Assembly: GCA_964057225.1 (NCBI GenBank)
Contig: OZ059894.1
Span: 6,262,001-6,326,000 of the forward strand
From: Auanema rhodensis
Taxonomy: Eukaryota > Animalia > Nematoda
Direction: 5' to 3'
DNA: 64,000 nt
Shown: positions 24,801-39,410 of the stretch, in pieces
How positions within the stretch are numbered: the stretch's first letter is position 1
How the letters are laid out: every line of letters starts with the position of its first letter
The notes under the pieces: model-generated
Seen by the model: only the letters and a program-made list of their open reading frames with translations
The model's database searches: none
What the model was told of the DNA's origin: nothing
Position numbers and translations under genes: made by a program

Positions 24801-25424
24801 AGAACATGAAAGCTATATGTTCTTCTGACATGTTTCATAAATAGTTTCAAATAGAAAAGTGCAGAAAAAACGTATGAATGGCACTTTTCAAACCGTTTTT
24901 ATTCAAATATGCTTACGAAATTCAGGAGAACAGGTTGAATCGACGATGTCATGCCCTGATAAGTTCGTGCTAGCTTTTGGAGGAAACTAGAAACCGCTCG
25001 AAGTTTTTTTTTCTTTGATGACAGGTACAGTTCAATGTTATAGATCATCTGATCATTTATAAAAAAAATAGAAAAATGTTTATCATTGTTTTTTCGGAAT
25101 AAATTTTCCGTTTTTTATTGTGAACATATCGAAATACTTTGCTCTGTATTATTTTATGGTGATTTCAATATATATTCAATTTTTTGATATTTTTTCTAAA
25201 ATAAAGGTTATGAAATATTCCAAATATATTCATTTTTCTTGTTGAATTAATTTTTAAATTGTAGGTTTTCACGTACACCTGACGTGAAAACACTTTATTT
25301 TTATTGGATTTTTAGCACAAATCGGTTGTTTCCTAAGGAATGTATTCATTAAAATTTCAAAGACGGAGAAAACATTATTTTAATGTTTATAAGTGTTTAA
25401 ACTTTTACAGAAAAGATTTAAAAA

Positions 25425-28441
<3,017 letters not shown>

Positions 28442-28928
28442 TGTCTATAAAATAATTATTTTTTAAGTGTAATAAGTAAAAATTAATACATTCGATCACA
28501 TTAATTCAAGAAAAAATATTATTTTGAAAGGAAGAAAAGAAAAGAGAAGGCATAACAAAATTCTTCAGTAGAACTACTACCATTAAAAACAGAATGCATC
28601 TGAAATGTTGACAATTGGTGATTAGACTGTTTTCTTTTGTGAAATATTGGTAACATGCCAATTTCGTGAAACAATGGATAATCCAACGTTCTGTTTCAAA
28701 GAGAATCATTTGTGAAGATTAGATAACAAGTAAATTGCTTTAAAGTCTTAAAAGAGTGTTTCATCTCAATCTTACATGCTATCTAACCATACAAATAATA
28801 TACGAGCAAAAATTGAACTAAGAAGATTATGAGATCACATTAGAAAAAGTATAGTCGTTGTATGAAACTCATATTGAGATCAAAAATAATTTCCATGTCT
28901 CGGAAAATTGTTTATACGAATGTAGGAG

Positions 28929-30311
28929 TTAGCATCTTGATAATGCATTTCGGAATCTGCTTCTGGTTTTCAGTAAATTTACCTATGAAAAAAAATTGGA
29001 CTAGAAAAATAATTCATCGTAATACTTACTTTAATATGTGTATATAAATTTTCTTGTTTTATTGAACGAACTACATATTTTACTCTTGATAACCCATCTG
29101 TTTTCCAATCTCGTTTTGTATATCGTAAAAGTTTATAACGGCATCTAATTAAAATTGGTAAATAATTAATAATTATGAAGAAAAAAAAGTTACACCTATT
29201 AATTTTATTAATTTTTTCATCTTTTTCATGATATAACATCATGTATCGTCCAATTTTTGATGGGATTCTCCATATTGATTTTCCACTGTAATTTATTCTG
29301 TAATGAATCACATTAGCATACGTGAATCATGCCGTAATAGCTTCATTTCATTTTAATATATAATGATAGCGCAAGCGGTATGGTTGCATTCCTTATCTAT
29401 ATTTTTAACAATTGATAGTATGTGTGATGTATTTTGTTTTCGTCATTGAAAGACTAATTTTGAACCTTTTGGCCATGTCATCGTCTTCTCCTCCCCATCC
29501 CCAATATCTATTTGATGCACCATTTATATCAATAAAGTCTTCTTTTGTGAAAGCACATACTCCTCCAAAATAATTAGGATATGGTAATCTACAAAAATGT
29601 ACATTACCAATGAGCAAATTAACAATCAAACACTTGTAGCCGAATTTATCAATTCCCGTACTCAAATGAGCAGGCGAATTTGCACATTCATAGAGAATTT
29701 GTTCATCTAACGGTAACAGATCAACATCATGAAAAATGAAACAGTTCCATGCATACATACGCATGGACTCCTTGAACCCAATATTCATTAACTAAAAATA
29801 TTTAAGACATGTGTAAGCTATGAATTGATAAAACCTTTGCTCTATTAAAAGAAGTAAATCTTTCAGAAGGCTCTATGATGAATATACCATATTCAATATT
29901 TTGCTTTTGAAGAAAATAATGGATATGATATAAGAACTTTTTCAAATGTTCTTCTCTGTTTTTAAATGGAACAATGATAGCTGTCTGAACATTATGATGA
30001 GTTATGAAACAACACTCGAGTGCAAGGACAAACTCTAAATCTCGCTAGACAATGTAAAGAACGCTTTATTCCTCCACTTCGAATACTCGAGGAAAAGCTA
30101 GAAAAAGTATGCTTCCCTCTGCTCGAAGATGTTTCACCACATGATTGCAATTTAAAAAATATACTTGGTCTCATATAATGAAGAATATCATAGTCTGAAG
30201 TTATTTATGTTATAAATTACATAGCTACTTACCTACACCCAATTGTAGTATTATGATTAACACTATGAAGATTAATACTATAGGAATAGAAACAATCCTA
30301 AACTTTCTCAT
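28929..30311 (-). CDS. GT7-family beta-1,4-galactosyl/GalNAc-transferase (B4GALT/BRE-4-like), type II membrane protein; multi-exon
   Basis: N-terminal TM (MRKFRIVSIPIVLIFIVLIIILQLGV); TAIIVPFKNREEHL, FNRAKLMNIGF, FIFHDVDLLP (DxD), LPYPNYFGGV, YWGWGGEDDD, GRYMMLYHEKD, DWKTDGLS, LYTHIKVNL. Confidence 0.93.
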
Positions 30312-30596
30312 TTTAATATGTTTAAGCTTCACTCTTGAAGTGAATTTTATTTGGTTCAAGTACAGCTTAGCAACCTCAATTAGTCTCTTGTAACAATGCT
30401 TTTATACAAATTTTAAATATATGTACAATATTTAAAGAGACTAGGTCATGCTGAAATTAATGAAACAAGAATACTTTAAACAAGCATAGAAAAAAAAATA
30501 AAACAAACGAATTATTGAGATGAAGGCGTAGGTTAAGCATAAATATTAGAGGGTACGAATAGATAAATAGATAAAGAGTAAAATGGAAATATTTGA

Positions 30597-32226
30597 TTAC
30601 ATAACAGAGCATCCACTGAAATTACTGGGATCTTTTTCAGTTTGGTAAATCTTTTCCTCTTCCACAGGATCTATTTTCTTCTTACTCTTTTGAATTTTAG
30701 AGAAATCAGGCATTTCGGCTTTACTAAGATCAAAAGCAGCATAAACTTCAGCGTTCCAAATCTAAGATACGGTATTTAAAAGAAATTCAAATAAAATATG
30801 ATAACCTTATTTATTTCAGGCAAGGAATATTCCTCAATCTTTGTAACACCATACGCGGATTCGTTATCTAAAGATGGACAAGCATCAGGAACCTGTAATA
30901 TATCAAATGGAGACCGTTTAAAATTAGAAACAGCGCATACTTTCTGATGATAGATGAAACTGTTTTCTCTCTTTGCTTTCTCCAAATGTCTTTCCAATAA
31001 TGGCTTCACTTTACGGAAAAACATATGCTGCTCCGGTTTTATACGAGTGCCTGGACCATCAGCCTTCGAGTATTTAACAGCTACTTCTTCCGCAATCTCA
31101 AACTCCGAAACTCCTTCCTGACATGCTCTATAACGAAAAACCGCAAGCTTGATGCGAAAGTTGAAGAAAACGGTTTTACCTTACTGCTTCTCCACATTTA
31201 TCCTCAGCTAAGAATGATTCTCCCAAGAAAGCATACCCATAAGATAGGTACAGATGATGCTTTAATTGAAGATACTTTCTCCACCGCCCGAAGATATCCT
31301 CTTTAAAAGTTGAGAGTTCACGTTCTATAAAATGAAAATAGAAAAATAGAAGTATTATGACTCTATCGTATATACCCGCTTTAGAAAACATATTTGCTGT
31401 ATGAGTTGACAACGATGAAACAATTAAAGGCTTGTGCTTCAACTCAATAGCTCGCGCAACAACTATTTCCTGTGATTCAGCAGTAGATTGAAGTTGGTAA
31501 GCTCGCAGCACTTTTGGATCTAAATCGCAGCCTTCAAAATCATCTGCTCCAGATATATAATCTGTAATTATTGATGGATAGAGTATGAGTCATAAATAGG
31601 AACTAACGTAAATTTTCAAGCACAAAACCAAACATAGATGATGCAGTTTTGAAACAAGTGTGAACCAATTTAGCATCAGTGTCATTAACCTCATCTTTTC
31701 CAGCAAGCCAAGCAGCATGCTTTGTTAGCCAAATAGCCATGTTAATAGTTAAGTTCAAAGCTTCAAACCAAGTGTTAGAGTATTCCCTAGAATATGTGAA
31801 TACATAAATGCTACTTTATATGATACAAACGTTCCAACTCCTACAAGCATAGTGTGTCCCCATTTTGTTTTAATCAAGGGAGCTAATTTACTTTGGTTAC
31901 TACTTTCAGTCACATCGTACAAAAAACCTATAAAAAAATTAAAATAAAAATGAGAAAAATAAGTTTAGCAAGTATACCATGTAGTAATGACATATATTCA
32001 TTAAAATCTTTCGTAACTTCATTATATTCACTGGCAGCACTCGCGAAATATGGTAGAAGCTTTTCTCTTCTTATGCGTAATTCACTAAACTATTGATTGA
32101 AGCCAAAACACGTTGTATGACTAACCTGCATATTTTACTACAAACATCTTTGGTAACCACAGCTTTCAATTCAAATTTAGCAAGTTCAGTAGGTTTAATA
32201 GGATTACGATGGAACCAATGCGCCAT
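30597..32226 (-). CDS. BROX: BRO1-domain protein BROX with C-terminal CAAX box; multi-exon
   Basis: Starts MAHWFHRNPIKPT; WFEALNLTINMAIWLTKHAAWLAGK, AESQEIVVARAIELKH, KAKRENSFIYHQKVP; ends KDPSNFSGCSVM* (CAAX), as in BROX proteins. Confidence 0.93.
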
Positions 32227-32787
32227 TTGACTATTGCAACCTAAAGAGTAGAAATTAAATGATAATTATGAATGAAGTACAGGCTAGGCAATCTATATGA
32301 GTCACAAGCTCGAAATTGTTCACGATAATAAAGAAACATTCTATACGTAACTGAAGTAACTTTTCATATAAACTGATTAACCTATAAAAGATTTAAATAT
32401 CAGAATAAAATATAAGTTTTAAGTCATAAGTTTAGATTTTATATAATATATGTACTCAGAGCCATAACAATGGCGAAGCCTCATAAGTGAACATAGGAAT
32501 GGATTGTATTTAATCAATAAATATTTGGAATATTTCAAACAAAAAAAGAAAGCAGAAAGCATAATGCTATATTACCAGTACAATAAACAAAGTAAATAAA
32601 AAGAAAAAAACGTAAACAACAACATAAGCTTATAACCTATTTAGGATACGGTAGATAGTTACAAAAATACGCAATGCTGTAAAACTTAAGCTTTTATAAT
32701 CTTGAATAAAACTTTAAAAATTTATATTAGCTTAACTTCTAAATTAATATTAATTAGGAAAGATGAAATATATTAGTGCATTTTTAG

Positions 32788-34750
32788 ATGCCTGCTGGGT
32801 CAATTGCAAATCCGCTTTACTTCTTTTCATCGTCTAACGTTTCTACGTCTGCTTCAGACACAACAGTTAGGCTTACCGGTTAGTAAACAATTTCTAAGTA
32901 CTTTGGCAATCTGAGAAGTTTTATAGATGTCATGGAGTTTTTTTTCATAGCCCATCCATTATCTGGGCGAAAAGAAGGCGAGGAGCATAAAAGAATTATG
33001 TATTTTTCACCAAAGTTTGAATTAGTAGATCGACAGGTGCAAGATAATCACAAGTAACAAATTATAAATCCATTCCAGACCGAAGTTACCGGTTTCGCGG
33101 AAGCTATTGTTAATTTTACAAACAATTTTGTTGATCCTAAAGGCAAAGCTCATAAAACAGAATTCCCCTTCCGAACTGTAAGTACGAAGAAGACTGACCA
33201 GGTTTATATCCAGGTTGAAGATGAAGAATTCTTGATTGGCGTTTCACTGCTAAAGTGAGTTTGTGTTACACTATTCTTGAATTTTAAAAATACATCTTTA
33301 CTTGAGTCATTTTTCCAGATCACAATGCGAAACTTTTGAACTGTACGTATTTCCACCAGCAATAATCACAGTCCTGTCAAATTGCTATAAGATGTTTCGA
33401 TTGTTCTTTGGACGTTTTTCTCCCTTTAGGTTACCTTTATTATTAAATGTAGATTAAATTATTTCTATTTCCAGGAGCAGAAATGAAGAAAAATTTAAAG
33501 AAAGGCTTGATTATTTTTTTAGTAGATATCTTCTTCAACTTAGACTGCACAAGGTAAATTCATATTTAACATAAAATAAAATAAATATTCATTGAAATTT
33601 CAAGGTTCAATTATTAGATTATTTGGAGGGAGCAGCTTTTCTACCTCTTCCAGGATCTCGGTATTTATCAAATGTTACACTTGCTTCCGAAATTACTGAA
33701 GAATTCCCAGTCGTGGAAAAGATTTTGATGTTATATCAGGTTTGAATTTTGTTTGTTTAAATGTATAGATTTGTTTCAGAATAAGTTACTATTCTACACC
33801 GTGTCTACAAAAGATTTGCCTTCGATTTTCCGGTATCTTTCTGAGAGCTTGTTGCCATCCTGTATCGGACCTGAGCTAGATCCGTCAAGGTTTCGTACAT
33901 TTTTTAAGTTCTATGAGTCTAAGCTTGCTTTTAGATCAACTACTAACGGACGTTATCTACGGGGTCCTTCAGAATTAAATTGCGACGATCCATTAGAAGG
34001 TGAAGATGTTTTGCCTACAGTTCATTTACATACGGCATCAGATGATGATGAAGAAGAACTACTTGTGCCATATCAAATGGTATAATACATAATTTTATTT
34101 GGGTTTATTGTTGTTTTTTTAGATGGTTTATAGATGCATGAATGCCACTGTTTGTATGTTTGTGAAGGTGAATGTAACCAGAAAGATTATGCGTAATATT
34201 GATGCTTTCCTCTCAACTGAATTAACAACATTGGCATCCCAGATCAGCGAAAGGTAAATACTCAATTTTTAGTATTTCTTGAAATGTGTGCAATTTTTAG
34301 TTTGGATGGACCAGACAAGGCAGCTCCGTCTGATGCTTTTCACTACATATACTATAATCCATCTTCATTATCACTTACCTCGTCGTTTGAAACAACTCCT
34401 GGTCCTCAAGCCCCATCTCCTCCAATGGATGTAAATAGGCAATTCAAGATATTTTTTTGTCCGGAATATATTTTGAATTTAGACTCGTGTGTGAGACAAT
34501 GGATAAGTACATATCAAAAGAAGATGAATTTGGAGAAGCCTATGTTAAATCGGACACGGAATGGTGGATCATGCTGAAAAAGGTTTTATATTGAATTGAG
34601 AATCTAAAAAAAAAATTTTTTTTTCAGATGAATTCACGAATTTTATGTTTACTCTTGCCACCTTTTACTAGTCCTCAATCACTCGCTGATATTCAATTTC
34701 GCACTGACTATATCATCAAAACTCATTTCGAGGCAATATTTTTCCATTAA
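32788..34750 (+). CDS. ccz-1: Vacuolar fusion protein CCZ1 (Mon1-Ccz1 Rab7 GEF subunit); multi-exon, one GC-AG intron
   Basis: MPAGSIANPLYFFSS...EFFFIAHPLSGRKEGEEHKRIMYFSP...TEVTGFAEAIVNFTNNF...YKMFRLFFG...LDYFFSRYL...GRYLRGP...HYIYYNPSSLSL...VKSDTEWWIMLKK...THFEAIFFH*. Confidence 0.95.
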
Positions 34751-35763
34751 GTGTTTGTAAATTTAATTTTTTTGTAATATATCAAAACGGGTTAATTTGC
34801 TGTGTTTTGTTAAGTTAACTATTCCATTACGGTGTAGCATGTTGTGATTTTCTTTCTTTCTATCTTTCTAGTAATATTATCACCTATCGTCTTGCCCTTG
34901 TAGTCGTAATAATAAATAGAAATATCAAATAAGTTGTGAAGGACCACAATTTTTATTTTCTTGCATTATATCAAGATTTGCTTGAGAGAGGAGGAAGTGG
35001 AAGTCTCGGAGGAGTTATGCGGGCAAGCCAATTTATCTCATAATCAAACAATCCCTTATAATCACTTTGGGTTTGCTAAGGTTTCTAATGTATCGTGGCT
35101 TCCTGGAATATGAATAAATATATGTGTACAGGCTTTATATACAATCATTTATGTGAAAGTGTAGTGAGCGTTAACCATCTAATGGAATACGAATGCACTG
35201 ACAGGTGCTTAACCTCATTCATCAAAATTATTACCCAATTGTAATAAATTATAGATTGAGGATTATAAAATTGGATCTCCACATCTTGAAAGAAATATAG
35301 AATGAATTTTAAATTCATATAATTTATTTTAAAAGCAATTATTAGTATTTTTATATTTGAAAATAAAAATTCCCTTTAATGCGCATATAGTTCAAAATGT
35401 TAATTAGATTTGATAATTAGATCATTTACATCAATCATGTGTTATTATATTTGTGAATTCAATTAATGAGTATGAAAATGAAATTATATTTATACCTTTT
35501 CTAACAAAATATTTTCCAAATCAATGGTTACATTTCTATAAAAGAGCATAAAATGAAATATAATGGAAAGCTGAGCATGTTTAAACAAAGGGGTGATAAA
35601 GTACATTGCCATAAAATCAAATATTAAAGTTGGAAAATGAACAGCAAATGTTAAACTAGTTCAATAATTTCATGAGGGTGTATATCATGAGAGTTGGTTT
35701 TACTCATTAACAAAGTCTATATTATTTATTCATAATGACCGGAAAACTCTGGCAATTAAATCC

Positions 35764-35806
35764 GACAGCAGACCGGCAAGTATGAGATACTTGTCGGTCA
35801 TCTGTC
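35764..35806. other. Isolated GC-rich hairpin (inverted repeat)
   Basis: GACAG-CA-GACCGGCAAGTAT-GAG-ATACTTGTCGGTC-AT-CTGTC: a 13-bp inner stem (one G:U) plus a 5-bp outer stem. Confidence 0.6.
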
Positions 35807-38800
35807 TTAGACCACAGCTTTGTGATTTTAGCCGTTTTCTCTAAGAACCTTAATAACTGTATGCTCATTCTAATTCTCCCCCTCTCTCTTTTTCATGTTC
35901 TTTTTCAATTTCTTTTCCTAATTTCCGGCTGTGTACCTGTTCTCTGATGAGGCATCCGAATTCAATTGGCCACCGAATTTTGTCTTGTCTCCATGGTAAC
36001 TCGTCTAAATGAAAGAGGCCTCCGGTTCTGTTCCATATATGCTTAAGCGTGAATGCCATCTGGAGGCCTAAGAACACTCTTCTCTTAGATATTGTAATGG
36101 CTATTGAATGAAAAAAAAGGTTTGGTAATGCTAGATTACTTATGCTTTGCGTTCAGATATACTTTACTAAGCTTGGCAAGCTTTTCCTCTCTTTCCGATG
36201 TTTTCAGAGCTCATGCTCTGTTACCTTTACATCAATCTCTCGTCCTATTCTTTCTCTTCATCCTCCAATTTTGCGTTTTTACGAGGATTTTGTTCAATTC
36301 AAATAAGCTCTTTCAACTCCAATCTAACACTCTAAATAGTGGTGGATTAGTTTTTTTCGTGAGTCCCACAGAGTATCCCCCTAGTGCGCCATTTTGCGAT
36401 TTAGCTGTAGCGCTTATAATCCATTCCGTAGGCCATTAAGGATAAGGAATGAAACAAAGTCATTCAAACTCTGTTTCTCATGTTACTACAACGACATCGT
36501 TTATTGTTCAGTTTCGTTATCAATTGGCTTGTTGTTCATTTTAAATTTTGTTTCAGTTATATCTTTTCATTGTCTTATTGTGCTATTTCTTATATTTGGC
36601 TTTTCGTTGATAAATAAATAAATTGATATTCTGAAATATAATAATCTTCATCATTTATCTTTACTATTTTATTTTGATAGCATGTCAGAGAATTAAATAT
36701 TCAAATGATGAATTCATCTTTCATAAATACTTATGAACATGTGTATGTATGTTAGATTGAGTGCTTGACTTTATTTTTTTTTTTTGATGAAATCTGATTG
36801 ATGCAACATATACATACATTACATATTTCCTGTCATGGCTTTCATTACATTCAACTTGTCAACCTATTTACATATGTCAAGAACATACATAATACACTTT
36901 TTCAATGTATGTAAGCTGTCATCATTTTGATTCATTTTTTTCATTTACTTGTTAGCAGATTTCTATTTTTCTTTTGATTTCACATCTATATGTATATCTA
37001 TATTTACTATCTGTAACAGATTGTCTTATGTTATTACAAACAAAAAAAACAGAAAAAAAAAACAGAATTTTGAGAAAAATAGTCGGAATTCACGTCATAT
37101 TCTATATCCGAAATTACTTTGTGTACACTGCAAAAGGATAACAATGAATGCGTCATTCAAAATGCTTATGATGTAAGCGGGTTACCATTTTTTGAATGGG
37201 GCCTGGGTGAATCTTTGCTCATCGGACGTGTACAGCTCGCATGAAGTTTAGCAGCATTTTGGCAGGTTTCGCATTTTTTTTGGTTCTGCCAATTATTTTC
37301 GATTCGGCTGGGCAGTACCGTAAATAGATGAAATTGCTATTCAGCATCAATACTATTTTCAACTTTTCATCTGAAATTAAAGTTCCTCTGAGCAAAAAAA
37401 AGAAAAACATATAACTTAACGCTTGAACGCTTTTATTGACCAATAACTTTCAGGTTCAAATTCATTTCTATACTTTTCAGAATAACACCTATCTCTGATT
37501 TTTTTTTCTGATTTCTTCGTAAAAATATTTTTGTTTAATTAATATTTTGAAATTAAAAGCTATAACAATTCCAATAGATTTATGTATCTGCACATCATTT
37601 CAGGTTTAATTCAAGAAGCTGAGCATAATTCCAATTTTCTTTCCTTCTCTTTCTATTTTTTTTTTTGAAATATCAAAGTTTATTTAGTTTTGTATGCTAT
37701 CAGCATGGATAATATGTAAACAAAGCGTTTTTGCTCATTTAATCCAAACTAATGAATCTGTGTTATGTTTTTTCCTTTAATCTTTCTTGATTTTTACTTA
37801 CAATATTTTATAAACAAGTCGTTAATTTAAATATACATATAGTATTTACATGAAATAACTCATTTTATCTCTTTAACTTCTTCAATTTCATCCCGTACTT
37901 ATTGCTGATTTTTCTTTGAATTCTGTTCATCTCAAGTGCCATAAACAACAATATTCTGACTTGTTAAATCATTTTGAATACTTAGTAATAATGAATTTAG
38001 CATAAATTATCCAATCATTACTGCATATTCTCTATAATTTCATTTCAAATCCTAAATACTACAAAATATATAAATATATATTATTCAACTACTTATTACT
38101 TACGAACTAGAAAAAAATCAAAAAAAAATGCTATTAGGAAGCAGCCCCTTTGTCATAAAATTTGGAATTTTTTCTTTTTTTTTCTTTTTAAGAATCATGT
38201 ATTATTGTATTTTTTATTTCTCAACAATATTAATTATTTATTAAGTTTCGAATGTTTTTTTCGTTATCCACGCTCATACACATGTTCACAATCTTATAGT
38301 CACTCCCACAAATGATAATGAGGTCGTAGACATTGTCGTCGATCAGCAGCTTGATTAACTGTTCTTTTCCCTCCTTAGTGGTGCTTTTCTGTGTTTTTTT
38401 TTGTTGAATTGTTTTCGTAGAATACTTCTACGAATATTTGTTTTTTTATTTCTTTTCTCACATTATTGCCGTTCTTCTTCTCCATTTTTTTTTCAAAAAC
38501 GAATTAATTGTTTGAAAATTTATTCAAACAAGACCAATTCATTTTGGCTCCATTTTATGCAACTTTGTATTCTACTTAACTTCGGCTCGCATTTCGTTCC
38601 ATTTAATGATGCAATTGATGACCTGTCCAAACTCTTTTCTAAGCCAAGTCTTCTTTTTGGTCTTCTTGAGATCTCCCATTTCTTCTAATTAATTGCAACT
38701 TTGAGCAAAATGGAGGCTATCAAAGCAACATGAGAAGATTAACGTTTGCTCTGCTGTCATGCAGAGTCCGCTTTATCCTTCTCTGCTTTTTGAATAGGAA

Positions 38801-39357
38801 ACTGCGGATGTAAGAAGATGATGAGGAGCGAGGGATTGGACGACAGCCTAAAGAGCAGAGGATGGAGCAACGAAGTTCGTCTTCGTCACTTGACTTCATT
38901 CTCCAATCTGCTCACAACTCTACCCTTTTGCCTACACGCAACGTTCTGCTTTGGCTGTCTGTCGTCCATTTTCTTAGCTCCTGGTTTGTTTCTTTCTCTT
39001 CTTTTCCCTCCTTTCCTCTAGTTTCTTTATTCTATTACCCTACCCATCTTGCCCTGCAGTTTTGTTCTGTCACTGAAAAGCACATATTTCGAATAGCTGG
39101 CTATGAGCAATACACGGAAGAATACTACGTATCAAATCTGCTGCTCTGTTTGGCTTCGAATCATTTCATTTTCTCAAGTTTCATCGTTTCAACTTCAAAT
39201 AAGCGATGAGCTTATATCCTCTAATATATTATTTGCGGAAATTTCTTTCCATATCTCAAATGTTTTTCAAAAATTTCACTTTTTTTCTCTTCAAAATACC
39301 TGTTCAATTTGAGTTTTTCATTAATTAGATTTATTCTTATTCTAAATATCCATACTC

Positions 39358-39361
<4 letters not shown>

Positions 39362-39394
<33 letters not shown>

Positions 39395-39410
39395 GTATAT
39401 ATATATATAT
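39362..39410. repeat. (TA)n microsatellite interrupted by CATATG
   Basis: Direct reading of the sequence. Confidence 0.95.
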
